A stretch of DNA of 55,938 bases, the filler included, from Platydemus manokwari (lineage: Eukaryota): the NCBI GenBank assembly GCA_037951405.1. It is 5 parts of 5 records of this genome, joined end to end, with 100 filler letters (N's around TTAATTAATTAA, not from the genome) between each part and the next. Parts side by side here need not be neighbours in the genome. Positions count along the whole stretch, not along the records: positions 20,088 to 35,876 come from JBBMOY011238097.1; positions 35,977 to 45,858 come from JBBMOY011193099.1; 3 more parts are not named here. One strand, 5' to 3'. Positions 24,400 to 44,220 of the stretch are shown one piece after another (positions within the stretch are counted from its first letter, which is position 1; every line of letters begins with the position of its first letter). Both the position numbers and the translations under genes were made by a program. A model generated the notes under the pieces. It searched no databases. It was not told the DNA's origin and saw nothing but the letters and a program-made list of their open reading frames with translations.

Positions 24400-27300
24400 C
24401 TAATTTCTAAAAGGTAATCACTGAGAATTTTGACTGAGAGACAGCTTTGCCAAGAGAAACCACACTTCTAATTCAGAACTCTATTTTAGGTATAAACAAG
24501 TACATTTTAGTCAATTTTCTGTCGTGTCGTCAGATTCGATACTAAGTCAAATCATCTTCGTTTTTCCCTCTATTTTTCGATAAGTTTTATTGATTATACG
24601 GTTAATCCCATATCGTGAATTTGCCTATCTGGTTAAGTCACGCAACACTTCGTCAGCTCTTTGTTTATATACAATACATTCTAATTGGGTTATCATCTAT
24701 ATTAACCTATATTTTTGTTGTTAATACATTGTTCTGATAATATATTTTTCAGGTCATATCGTGTTATTCATATTTATAAATAATAACTTATATACATATT
24801 ATATCTTTCACTCGAAACACAACAGATCGTTTGGAGTCCGATCTGAAATCAAGGAACTAACCGCCAACGAACCCGACAAGAATATAACATTTCATTAGGA
24901 ATGCATCTGTGAAGTTTCTGCCTTTAAACCTTTACTCTATTTAATACTATTGGCAACGTATTGAATAACACTGTTGTATCTATCAGTCTCAAACGCTTCT
25001 CTGGATTTCAGAGTCCCAGATATAATCTAGTTAATGAATGTGTTAATGTTACTTTTGATATCGTCAGTCTTTTATTTATTACTATTTTTATTTTTTTTTA
25101 ATTATTTAGCCACACTATCTACGTCTTACATCAATTTATTGGGTTCTATTTAACTCTCAGGTTATAAGTTAACCATCATTAATTGATCTTCTTTCACCTC
25201 GATGTTCGACAACTTATTTGAATGTAAGTAAAGGGCTTTGGATAATTATTATGGATTTAAATATTATATCAATCCTTTCAACTTCCTAATTCGTTTCCTG
25301 ATCATTCTTATTAGACTCTTTTTGTTTAATACAGCGCTGACCAATTATAAAAAAGTGGTTAATGATGCTGAGGATGATTTTGATTACAATAAAATATAAA
25401 TTTTAAACGATACTTTTCAACGCAGAAAATTTGTACTGCAATAATGACAATTCAGTGAAGTATTATAAACCCTTCAAGATTATTGGGGAAGTATCTTTCA
25501 CAAGAATGAGCGTATCTCCATAGATAGTGGACAATATATATGCTATAAATTGTAAATAATTTTATAAGTACAGTACTATTAGATCTTCCAGTATATTCTG
25601 ATCCTCAATACAGAGCGATCTTCCCTAGTGATTTTATAAATTATGTACTGATTCCGCATGTAACAATCGTGTATGTATTAACTGTGACTGCTGTCTCTTA
25701 TAGACATCAATGAGTCACTCGTAGAAATTCTCTATGATTATTATTCAATGCCAAGTATGTATGTTTTATGTTCAGCAATTAAATTTATTATATTGGAAAA
25801 TATTCTGTGATTAAATTTATTCTGCCAGAATATTTTATGAGGCACGGTAACTAGTAATTTGACTAGCAATTTATTAATCCAAAACTTATAAGAATATTGT
25901 TTTAATGGATAAGTTTATTATAGGATAAATTTAATGGATTTCATCAAATATAAGAGTCATTATATTGGATTTAATTCATACTATATCTTATTTCTATTAA
26001 TCGTAAAGCTTTCTGAATTTTCATAAAATATTCAATATTATTTTTCGTGCAAATGGTAAACAAATCGATACATTTTTTTCAAATTGTTAGCCATAGACTT
26101 CAACAATGATATATTTCCCTCGCAAAAGATATTGTATGACGAAAACACGTGTGGCAACAGTTATGTATCATAATTTTACTAAACTCGTTACTCAGTCTCT
26201 TTTATTCAGGTGATTTATAAAAATTTGAACACTATTCACCTTAACCATTTAAATCAAGAATAGTCAACACTAAAGTAATGACTTAGTAAAATGACAAATT
26301 ACTTCAAAATGAACACTGCTTAAAAATACTAAGCTATTAAATTTTTTTCTACAATTAGATACAAATAAATTTATCGAATATGATAATACGCAATTGATAC
26401 AACGATACTGAGTACAGAATAAGACGTTTTTTGCCGGCTCAAGAAGAGACTTCGATTTATATGCCCTTCGTCTTATTGGGTTAAACCGCTCGAAAAACAT
26501 GTTAATAAATATGAAATATGAGAAATATAGAATATTAGGATTGGTATGAGCATTTACAATTGAAAGGATCCTGATCCGAATCAATTTCGGCTGGTAACTT
26601 CACAATGGATAACAAATCATTTGAATCAACTTCCATTATTAAACTGTGTATATAACATTACACGAATTTGATGATACTGTTGGGTTCAATGCGGTTTAAT
26701 ATGTGTTACGATTAATGAATAATTGTAGTTGTAATATATATTGTAATATATATGTTGCGTTTGGGGCTTGCTAATTCTATTTATTGTTGATCACTGTTGT
26801 CTTAATCAGTCACTCGTGGTTCTGATCAAGCCCTAGGTACGAACTATTGAACCTATTTATATCTTTCTTTGCCTCGCGTTTAATATTGTATGACGACAAT
26901 ATCAAACGGTAACAATGATCAATGGGTATTGAAACTACTATAATGATTTTAAAAGCTATCAGTCTCAAATCAAACTAACAACAAACACTTGGGTTTTATA
27001 AAAATGTTTATTGACACCAAAATTACAATTAATACCAATTATAAATTACTACAATAGTCAAATGGTTAAATAAAATATACAATTATACGAAAATTCCTTT
27101 TATACTTCAGGATAAGTTACAGGATTAATAAACTGCACGCTCTTGCAGCAAAACCACCTTCAAGGATGTGAGACAAAACTCTATAATAGGAGATATACAC
27201 GAAGTCTATAGTAACGATCAGTTTTGTATATATGATAGGACTTACGTGATTGGTATATACTTGAACAATTGATCGAAATAAAACGCTTCTGGTAAATATG

Positions 27301-27500
27301 GATCGTAGTCGACGTAATGGTTTCTTTTCTCGAAGTTTACGCAATCTTCCTAGTAGTTTCAAAACAGGGCGAAAGTTATGACGTCTTACCCCCTAATTAT
27401 ACGATTTGGAAAACGAAATTAATCGTCACGCATTGTTGGAAAAATTAGATACAATTTATTCTATCCCCCAAGGATTCATCATTTATTTTAAAAGATAAAA
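24400..27500 (+). pseudogene. Decayed intronless coding tract of unknown (probably mobile-element or viral) origin
   Basis: Long runs of plausible codons broken by stops and frameshifts, with Cys-rich and hydrophobic segments and several N-x-S/T sequons. Appears similar to 47.7-48.8 kb on the minus strand. Boundaries are approximate. Confidence 0.35.
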
Positions 27501-27586
27501 AATTCACCGATCGTCTCGTGCTATAAATAATATAATATATTCAAATTTATCATCTCACAAAATCTTAAGGTTTTTTTCTTTATCTG

Positions 27587-27588
<2 letters not shown>

Positions 27589-27631
<43 letters not shown>
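27589..27631. repeat. (ATT)n microsatellite
   Basis: Perfect ATT run of about 14 units. Confidence 0.95.
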
Positions 27632-27632
<1 letters not shown>

Positions 27633-30600
27633 TCTTTTTCAAATAAATTATTCCGAAGCTTAATTTGACAAATTTTTAATTAAAAATAAAAATAAAGTAA
27701 AACGATTGATTTATCAAGCTTATCAATAAAATTGCTACAACTATCACTGCTTGAATGATCAAGCCAAAATCAATACATTAAAAATTAAAGATAAAAAGAT
27801 TGTTACAATATTTATAAACTGCTTGTACAGTCAATCCATTAATGTTTTTGATCAGTCAAATGAAACAATTTAAGTCACGATTGGATTATTGAAATTGTTA
27901 GAGTTTATTGAGACTAAATTAGCTGTTGTTCTGCCGAATCCCTAACACACACGCGCACACACACATATATATAAAGAGTTTAAATGTACACCTGACTGTA
28001 AAAGATGTATGTAAAAATTATAAACGACATGGAGTTATGATATAAATTAATAATAGAATAAATATCTTAATAAAATATAATTCAAATAACAATCAATACA
28101 AATTTAAATCAAGTACACTCAAATCATAAACAATAAGAATTAAAATGAATACTATTAAATTGTATCAAATAACCAGGCTTTTATATGATTAAGGATCTTA
28201 CTTAGTTTCTATTGTGAGATTCTTTAAATCTAGAATAATATTTTTATTTAACCCTTTATGGCTATACCCGTATGAGGCCTAAAATTAAATTATTGATGGT
28301 TAGGACGAAAGTAACCATAACCTCGTTACTTGGTTTGTGTTTCAGATTTTAGTATTTAATTTCTTGATTTTAATTTTTAGGTGAGCGGGGTTCAGCCTAG
28401 AAATATAGTTTCATATGTGAATATATGATAATATAAAAATTTAATCGAATTGGAATTTGAAAAATACTTTTAAACTATTTATATAACCTACAGATTTTGT
28501 TAAGAGAATCCGGATAAATGTGCAGTAAATATGATCTTAGAATAGAAATGCAATACCAATAATTTGTAATGTACTTTGTCTTTTAGAAAAAATATTTTAT
28601 CAAATAGAATGGTCGAATTATTTTCAAAGCTCAATATGTAACTGATAATAGAGAGATGAATTCGTCTTCGCTTTTCTCGTATTTAAATGCTCTATTTATA
28701 GGTAATCAAAGGAATTGAGATATCCTATTGTTAATTGAAGTATCTACATTCGGATTTGATTAACTGAGTAAATAAAAATATAAATTAGAATTTCCGATTC
28801 ATCAATTTTTGATTTATATTTTTTTGTTTTCTTTCGGGACAAGCTTTGCAAATACTTTCAATGTTTACATTAAATTTTCTTTTTTGTCTTATTTTTTTGG
28901 TTTTTTTTATTTTATAAATATTATTTTTGTTCCTTTATTTTCCTGATCTCTATTTTTAATAAGACACTTATTTACATTATATTTTAGGATTTATTTTATT
29001 TTTAAATTATTAATCTTTTTTTGGATATTCAATTTTTTTATCATTCGGGGTGAGTCACGTCGGTGGAATTTCTGTAAAAAAAAATATATATTAATTATGC
29101 TTATTATTTATTATAGGGTTATATCCAACAATACACTAGCTTTGATACTTTCTTCATTAATGGACCGATGAGCTGCTTCTACTGTTTTCTTCAATTTTTA
29201 AAATGAAAAATCTTGACGTGCACAAGATATTTATACTGTCTGAGGGTTTGTATTTTGGTGTGGAATCTTTGATGAATGAGTCTTTTAAATTTGACAGGAA
29301 TTATTTTCATTTTTGAAATTTATTCGAGTTTGCTGTTGATAAATTGGGTTGAATTGTATTGCCTTGTGGAGAATATTATTCATATTTATTTGCTGCTTAT
29401 AAATTTCTTTGGATTTTCCTCATATAAATCGATTTAGGTTATTTTGATAATTATTACATCACTGATTACGTTATTTTATAATAAACAAAAAATTTCATTT
29501 AATAGTCAATATTCAAATAATAATTTATTAGAATTAAAAAAATATAAAACACACATGGAACATAAATTAATGCCGTTAGATACTAATTTATATAAAATAA
29601 CAAAACTGCATATAGGTGGGATTAAACATTAATACAACTCTTATACATAAAATAAAACTGCCAAAGAGAATTGTCACTGTTAAATATTAAAAACTCTTCA
29701 GACGGATTATAATACAGTATTATGTCGTGTAAAACCGTGAATCCAAACATCATTCGGTAAGAGAAAACCGAAATGTGAGCGGTTTGTTATTTGTGTTATA
29801 AAGTCGTTGTCGCGAGAAAGTTTAAACAGTTTTTCGATAATAATTCGAGATTTTTTTTAATCAAGACAATCCTAGTTCAGATAATTTAAATTTTAATATT
29901 TTATATTCTTATTATAATTTTATTGGTGTTGTGGTATCTCTTAAACTTCAGTTTGGAATGACTCCAGATTGGTTCTGATCATCTACTAATCGTCATTAAC
30001 ATATATACTAAAATTATAACAGAAACTCGACCCACTTATCTTGTCATTTATACATTTAATTCCAATACCGCTGCACATAATGAATATTATTTTCATTAGT
30101 TTTGTGTCATAAATTCCCCATTAACTTTTTTTATAAGTTTGTCCACTATTGTTTTTATTAAATTATTGTTTGTAAATACACCGAAACTGGTGAAAAAATA
30201 GTTAGAGACTCGTAGTTGACATTACAATTTAACATGTAAACATTATTTTACATTCTAGGCTTTAACTAAAGCACATCACGAAATAGATTGTTTCATTTAA
30301 CTGTAAATAATAAATCTTTAAATATTGTCTTAGGTTTAGAACTCCTTGATTGTTACACGGTAAAGGAATCAGATCTCTATTTGCACTGCATTCAAATAAT
30401 TTAAATCCAGTGTCACAATATTCACCATTATGTGTTGATTAAATAAGAATCATAGATGAATTATTATAACCCATAACAAACAACTTATAGTTTATATCAA
30501 TGAATAATAATATTAAGAAATACTTATTAATTTAATTATTCTTATGTTTCAAATTATTATAAGAAAATGGTATACGCCATAGGCATTATTTACCGGTTTA

Positions 30601-31819
30601 AAACTACCAAAAATAGAATAATCTAGTTAATTTTTTTTCAAATTTATTTAGACTATTGCTAAAAAACTTAAGAAGTAGTTTACATGGAATTTCAACAAGA
30701 AACTATTTTTAGTCATTGTCAAGTGCTCTTGTTATTTTTTCAAGAATTTCTGAGTTCTAATTTTTAAAATTTAGAAATAGTGAAATAAAGAGGTTTACTT
30801 TTTTGGTGAAATATATAATAAGAAAGCAAAATATGATCCGATATTAAATTATGATTTTATGATATATTCTCGCTGCTAAAAGTTATCGAGAATGTTAATG
30901 AAAAGTTAGTGTGTATCGAATCCACCAATGAATGAGTTAATAAATTATGTATTGGATGCATATCCCAATACTTATATAAATGCGAATAACTAAGAAATTA
31001 GTTTATCGTTTGATTATATAATGGTCTTGCTTTCGGTTCAATCAGCAACACCCCATAGCCCTAACGATTTAAGAAAAACAATTGACAGTTTTGAGAGAAA
31101 ATAATGTGACAAAAACAGCAATGGGGTCAATGTTGATAATAAAATTTAAAATAATAATAACAAAATAATACCTATAATAATATTTGTTAAAATTAAAATT
31201 AAGATGAATTTAAAAAATCCCAGAAATCATAAATCAGTTCTCATTATTTTTAAAAAATCTAAAACTTTCAACTATACGAAACTTAATTGAAAAATACTTT
31301 AAATCAGTGTATATTTCTTGAAATACCAGTATTGAGACAGTTTAAATCAAGAATTAAATCAATTTAGAAAATCAATAGTTTGTTTTTATTATTTATTACC
31401 TTTACGTTGATAGACAGTCTCGGTAGAAATGAGTAATACACAAAAATAACAATTCAGTTGTTCAACTGCAGCAACAACCCAATTTCAAAACCAACTGACA
31501 ATTTGAATCATAAACAATCACCGAATCTTGATGTTAAACTGTATAAATTAATGCATAATCTCAGGGCATTATTTTATGTATGAACAAATGATCCAAATAA
31601 ATCAAAAATATGTTAATTGTTGAGTGCTGTTAGTGATTCAAATTATTTACTCGCCATTCTTTCCTTCATATTTATTTTTGATAAAAAAAGGAAGTCGGAA
31701 AAATAGAATCAATTAATAAAAAAGCATTAAACGAACTGATAAATCCCGAGCTAAATCAAATATTATCTAACATCAGAAAAATCTTATGACAATACCAGCA
31801 ATATATTGAGTATCCACTA

Positions 31820-32235
31820 ACGAGCTAGAAAAAAAAATAATTGAAGACATTCATTCAAACACATTAACACATTTTTGGAAATCATTCAAAAACAACTTTA
31901 TAATGACAACTAAGGAGAAATCCATATAGTCTACATCTGAAATTAGATTGCTGAATAGATAAATAAACATTGATCGAAGAAAACCATTCCAACAATATTC
32001 GTTATTAATATATAAGTCGACCGGGAAAAGCGTTCACATCTATGATACAAGCGCCGAAAATTTTTATTATAATTTGCCATTTAGAACTTATTATTCATGC
32101 TTTACCGAACGACATTTCAGTTCATTATTAACTGCAAAGCTACCCTAGTTGTTTAAACTCATTTTTTTATTTAATATTTTAGAAATAACTACAATGTTAT
32201 CGTAGTTATTGATAAATGTTCACACTATTCATAAA
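31820..32235 (+). mobile_element. Possible decayed Gypsy-type integrase fragment
   Basis: EKKIIEDIHSNTLTHF (resembles the His-His part of the Zn finger), KPFQQ and NNYNVIVVIDKCSHY (resembles the first catalytic Asp strand, YILVxIDxFSRY) occur in the expected order but are heavily disrupted. Confidence 0.3.
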
Positions 32236-33225
32236 AAACTTACAAAGTAGTACATTGTTGATGCATGATTTATTGATTGATTATGTATGTCAAATCGAAT
32301 TAATAAATAACTTCAATTTGGAAATGAAGCTGTCCTAAATAAAAACAATTCACGTAAATAATGTCATGTTTCTTAAAAGCATGGATTGTTACTTTTATTT
32401 GGGTCTATTAAAAGACGAAATATAATCGAAACAAACTCGTAATATAATATTGTTAATGATGATGAATAGTATTGGATTAAATATTATTGTTACTAATATG
32501 TAATTATACAAAAAAATTTATTAATATTTAAATTTGTGACACGTCAAAATGCACCGACACGTTTTCTAAATTAATACTTAATATGTCAAACATTGTCAAA
32601 GTAGGAAATCACTTACAACTAATATCAATACGGTTTAAAACAAAATCAAATTTTGAATATTACTCAATAACAAATTTTAAAAAATTAAACAAATCAAAAC
32701 CTAGACAAATTCAACTGTAATGCTATTAAAAATCTATTTGAAAATAATTGGTTCAATAGTCTTGTTTTGGTTACACTTCCATATACCAGATGTTTTTGTA
32801 CGCAGGTAATTTGATTGTCGTATTTTTAATTTTTAAAATTCAAATATAACCAGGTTTTTTTCGAGGAGTCACATGACATTAATAATGTATATTTTTAGAC
32901 ACCGGTATTTGATGCTAATACAATTTAATAATAAAAATATAATTTAATAAAAAATTCGGTAAATCAAAAATGTTTATTAAAATAAACTCTGCACACTAAA
33001 ACCATTAAATGAAATTAGATTCAATTTTTCGACAAAATGAGCAATTTTACTAAAAAATATTCTTGAGATATTTAAGAGAAAAAGTTGACTAACACCATCT
33101 TAACAAATTGTAAAATCTAAATGTATAAACAATAAAATTCATGCAAAAATTACAAATATCGTTGTAGAAATATTTAAAATTCTAGGCAACATGGTAACAC
33201 CTAGACAATTATATTTAATTCAAGT

Positions 33226-33507
33226 TTAGTCACTTTTGTCTTTTTTCTTTCTGTAACTAAATGACCAAGATGAATTGTCTTCTGATTTGGCATGGGAAAC
33301 GTCGTTGTTGTTTTCATCAGCTTTTTTGGTCCATGATGTTAAGGGGATATTATTATAAATAAGAGAAGATCCAGACTTGACTATATTAAAGCTGGTTGAT
33401 GCAACTCCACAAACACCACCAAAAATTCCACTACCAATTTTGTAAACCAAACCTGGATTTGTTTCATTAGATTGGCATTCATTGGGATCATCAACTTTCT
33501 TTTCCAT
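33226..33507 (-). CDS. TMEM263: Transmembrane protein 263 (UPF0444) homolog
   Basis: Single ORF with PGLVYKIGSGIFGGV (family: PGMLSRVTGGIF), IVKSGSSLIYNNIPLT (family: LVKGG...NKVPLT) and the characteristic C-terminus KKKDKSD*. Confidence 0.88.
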   Translation of the reverse strand: MEKKVDDPNECQSNETNPGLVYKIGSGIFGGVCGVASTSFNIVKSGSSLIYNNIPLTSWTKKADENNNDVSHAKSEDNSSWSFSYRKKKDKSD

Positions 33508-35876
33508 TATTAAAAAAAATTAATTAATGAGAAATTCAAATTAAAATACCAAATGTCAACGTCAGTAAAATATATTTAAACAACAAATTATTGTAAATTT
33601 CTTCTCGGTAAATGTAATTTTAATAAAATTAGCTTTTGAATTTGTAAAACTAAATTGCGTATGAATTAGATTTGTTCAACCTAGAATCTAAAATTAGAAA
33701 ATTATCCGTAATAATTGAGTAATTACCTTTTGCAAAAATATCATCACAGCTTCGTTATTAAACTGGTCTCGAGTCATAGAATCATGATTCTTAAAGAATA
33801 TATTATTAACAAATTTAATTTTGATTTTTAAACATAACTTTTAAATTAAAAATCCTAGTATTACAAAATTTTAAACAGCTCTAATAAATTAACTTGAATT
33901 TAATAAATATTTTATTAACATACAACAGAAATTAAAATTTTCATTTAATTAAATAATTGAAGTGCAGAATATTTGTTTTTCAAAAATTTTCAAAATATAG
34001 TTATATAACTCAAAATGGTTATGTGATGGTAGATAGCAAATTTAATTTATTTTTAAACTAACTCGATTCAGATGCTGATTTCTATCTTTATTGATTTTCC
34101 CATTTCTAAAAGAAATACATGATAAAAACACATCATAAAGATTCAATTACTGCGGTTCTGATTGAGAATAATTATCCAACCATTGTGATATTTTTGATAT
34201 AACATCCGAATAACTAATGGATCCCGCTTTAGACTTAAACTGTTTCGTATCAGTTATCATGTCATAAACTTGATTAGAGATTTTCATGTATTCTGTTATT
34301 GAAATTACAACAAAGATGTGAATTGTGCTTTCAAAATTGATAAATATTATTTCAGCGTTTATTTTTTATTTTAATTTTTTTACGTTCTAAGTAATAATTC
34401 TAATTTTTTAAAAAAGAAGTTTAATTCATTGAATGATTTTCAAGTTCTCTTGAAATGATTTCCTGAATAAGAAAAATAATTTTGAAATTAGAATTAGAAT
34501 ATTTATTCCTTTTACAAATTAGTGTTGCACCATAGCCTTATCAGTAAATGAGTATGTGTCAGTTTAAAAGAAATAAGACTGATGACTTTCGAAATACTTT
34601 TGGTTTGGGATTATTCAATAATTTGGAAATTTAACGCGACCCATGATTATTATCCAAATAGAAGTGTATTTTTAAAAACCAATTAAGGATATTTATTGTT
34701 TGTCTAATCTTAATCTTAAATTTAATTTAATTTAAATATCTAATTAAAAATCCACCATTACAAATAAATGTTTTATATTTTTAACTCGATAATAATGGAA
34801 CTGACAAGCGCTTATTAAACTACATAAATATATATCAAAATAAATAATTCATATAAATTTTATAAGGTCAGTAATCAAAAGAACATTTGACTGTTGAATT
34901 TCTAATATTTAATGAATATTTTAAAAAAATACTTATACTAATCGATTACACAATAGAATAAAAATACCTTTGAAGCTCAATACGACAATGATAAGGTATC
35001 TGAATATGTTAAATGTTACGTGAATATTTGGTTTCAACATTATTCTCTTAATAAGTGTGGGCGATTCGACAATATCCCTGAATAGATACAATTAATAAAT
35101 AACAAATAGAATCAATAAACGTTTTTCTTATTTTACCGAGAAGGTATCTTAATTTTATTGCTGCATCTTTGCGGGAAGAATAAAAGAATAAGCCAATTTA
35201 ACCAATAGGCTACATTATTATAATTACAATATCAATTGGGTACTTTAAAATCTCGTTTCACAAGTGTGATAAAATTTAATTAAGTGGATGACGGAATAAA
35301 TAGGATAATAATATGCAAGGAATAATTAAAGATAGATTGATAGTTTTAATTCGAGTAATTATGACTAATAAGGAAACACACTCATATTTATCGATGAATC
35401 TAAGATGCCTCAATTAATTAATTAACTGTTATTAGTTTGTAAATTTTGTAAACTGATTAGATTCGCTTATCATCATCGTAAATTCTTAAACGGATAAAGA
35501 AAATAAAATCCATTTAAAATATTTTATAAGATAAAGAAATGAATTTTATTATTTTTCTTTTCATTTATTAGTTTAACAGTTATAAGTTATATTTTAGTAA
35601 TAATTATTTCATGTCATTAACGATGGTTATCTTTGGTGTCTATTAATCAGTATCGGAAAGTAGAGAGAAGAATAATAAGCCACCCCCGCTGCTTCGGTGA
35701 TATGTTTGATGAGATCGCCTTCAATTCTTTTTAAAATACATAATAATTCATATTGTTATTTTATAATATTTTTAGTTATTAAAGAAATCTTTTTAATATT
35801 GGTTTTAGTAATAGTAAAATAAAATTATATAAATGGAAAAAATAAAACACTAATATTATGTATCACTAACAAAATG

Positions 35877-35976
35877 NNNNNNNNNNNNNNNNNNNNNNNN
35901 NNNNNNNNNNNNNNNNNNNNTTAATTAATTAANNNNNNNNNNNNNNNNNNNNNNNNNNNNNNNNNNNNNNNNNNNN
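35877..35976. other. Artificial contig-joining spacer
   Basis: 44 N + TTAATTAATTAA + 44 N. Confidence 0.97.
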
Positions 35977-37342
35977 GTATATTCAATTGCCTAAACAAAA
36001 TATTTTTATGAATAAATTAAAATGATATCAAATGTTTGTTCGACTTGACATTTGAAAATATTATTATTATAAGCATTATAAACAATATTTAGAGATTATT
36101 GATTATTTAACAAAACTACTCGTGACGTCATCACTTTATAAATATTGATCATAATAATTTATAATAATGAATAAATGCGATGTTTCCCTCACAAATTAAT
36201 CATCGAATTAATTAATTAACTAAATTATAAATTGAATCAAACAGTTGAATCAATTAAGGAGAATGGTGATTTTTTATAATTTATGAATGAAAACATGTTC
36301 CAACTCTTTCGACGTATTCTCCATCAATTACTTGACCACAAAAACCGTTATTTATAAACACTAATTAATAATTCATGTCGAATTATTTCTTCGATTATTA
36401 GCTTCAGTATTTGATATAAAGATATGGTTATCAAATGAAAATTATTTCTACTGATTAATATTAAATAGTTTCTCGAATCCAATAAATTCAAATAACGATC
36501 ATTGGCGGAATAAAACTCATAATGACTTCATCTATCCCCGCTGCTCATAACACTTTCAAGCCAATGACATTTTGGATTGTTTTATTAAAATGGAAATCTT
36601 TGATGTACATGTGAGACAAAAGTAGAGAATTTCTTACATATGCAATTGTGATCATGATGAGTAAAATAACCATTTATTAGATTGCAAATTTTTTTTGCCA
36701 ATTATTAATGCTGATGCATCCAATCATTTTTTCTATAAATAGCAACAAATTAGTTGTTTAAAGGATAGAAAAATTAAATGAACCATCTATCTGAATATTG
36801 TGTGTATGATTATGAGAGAATTATTGTTTATCAGTGATATATTGAATCTCAAGATGAGTCATATTTTTTAGGAAATGAACACCTGAATTTTTGAATAAGT
36901 TAAAATTTACTCAAATAAGATGGGGAAAAATGAGCATTTTTAAATAAATTAAATAATAAAATGTAGAAATTTTATTAATTAATTTAATTAAATTTTAAAA
37001 ATTAAAAATGTTCTCATATTTCCCGTCTTAGTTTTTGTAACACGACATCGAATGATATTTTTCAATTTATCGCAGTCACATTATTTTCACTAATGATTTT
37101 TCAGGTGTTTATATTATGACATAATTATCTAATTAAGTATGTTAAGATACATCCTGATATGAAACTATAATTCATTCCAACAGTGAACCACCATTGATAT
37201 GTATTGTAAATGACTATACTGTCAGAATAATGATAACTGTAATTAATGTCTTCAGTTCAACATCAGTATATTTATTGGCATGTAATATGAGTAGTTTATT
37301 TATATTTATTTGATTTGTCAATGCTTTGACAATGAGTGTTAA

Positions 37343-42930
<5,588 letters not shown>

Positions 42931-43619
42931 TTTTTGTTTAATAAAATCCATATTTAATGTTTTTTAAAACGATTATGATTAATGAGAACCTTTAAACTTT
43001 AAATTATAGAATTAAATTCGATTTACAATGATTTAAACAATTTTTCATCAATAAAAATAAGAATGAAACTTAATTATAATGAATATATAAAGAAATATTA
43101 ATCTCATATTTATGATTTTGACAATTTCTTCAATATGGATGCCGATTTATAGTTGATTTGAATCGATCAAATTTCGCTGCAAATTATTAGCAAAAATGTC
43201 ATCTTAAATGAATGAATTATTAAAATTGATTTTATTGATCAAAGTCAAAATGGAATTATTGACAATTTTTCAATATTTAATTTTAATTCTGAATAAATAA
43301 ATATTTTTATTTAAACATATTTGGTTCGTTCAAATATAAACTGATTATTTGTATTAAATATTAATCGTTATGATAATGTTGATCAACAGAATATCATTAG
43401 GTAGATAATGAAAGAAAAAATGTTTTTAAAAGGTATTTTTTAATTTTCATTATTCAGAGACGCAAGTCAAAAAATAAAAATGATTATTAATAAAGAGTCA
43501 AAACAGGAATGGCGCTTACCTATAATTAGAATTATTTGAAACATTATTAATCCTTGTTAAAAATTTCATTGAATTATATGTTGGTGTCATCAAATTTAAT
43601 CTACACATACTAGGATACA

Positions 43620-44220
43620 TAATGGTGGTCAGTGTTATTAAGTGTTATAACCCCACCACGAACGGAAACTATATGCTTCGCAAACAGTGATTTTCAAGAA
43701 GGCATCGATGCAGTATTCAAGCCAAGTCAGTTATTCATGAACCAAAATGACATCACTGCAAGAGCAATCACTGCAACTGTTATGTGAAGAAAGGTTCCGT
43801 TAAAATTGAGAACTCGACATCGTACCATTACGTATACACGTTAATACGTGAATTGAAGAAATTTCAGAATACTCACTGGTCTCTCAAAAATCAGAAAATG
43901 TGAAACTATATAGATAATTAGAAGCCTGAAAGGTGTAAATGAGTTAGAAAAGATCAAGTCAGGAAAAGGCATAAAAATCGATATGATGTACATCTTGAAT
44001 GTCAAACAGTACTCTCGGCCTAAATCAGTGAAGCAGGCCTCGTCAATTATATTAGGAAAGTCATACGAAATTTGGTTAAGATATCAATATCAATGACACA
44101 GCCATTGCAGAAAAATCGATCTTCCCAATATGGCATTGAACCGGAAGAAAGCTTTAAACCACTCAAACAAGCATTGTTATGACAAATAATTTTGAGACAC
44201 CATAACATGGTAAAATTATT
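43620..44220 (+). mobile_element. Possible decayed LINE (APE endonuclease region)
   Basis: Locally higher GC, and MVVSVIKCYNPT resembles the IIQxYAPT motif of LINE endonucleases. The rest is too decayed to confirm. Confidence 0.25.

Noticed and set aside
28247-28400. TTAACCCTTT piggyBac-like left end
   Set aside because: No matching right terminus found.
36123-36130. Perfect CRE palindrome TGACGTCA upstream of the first visible MAPK exon
   Set aside because: A single 8-mer, probably intronic because the MAPK 5' exons are missing. There is no independent support.
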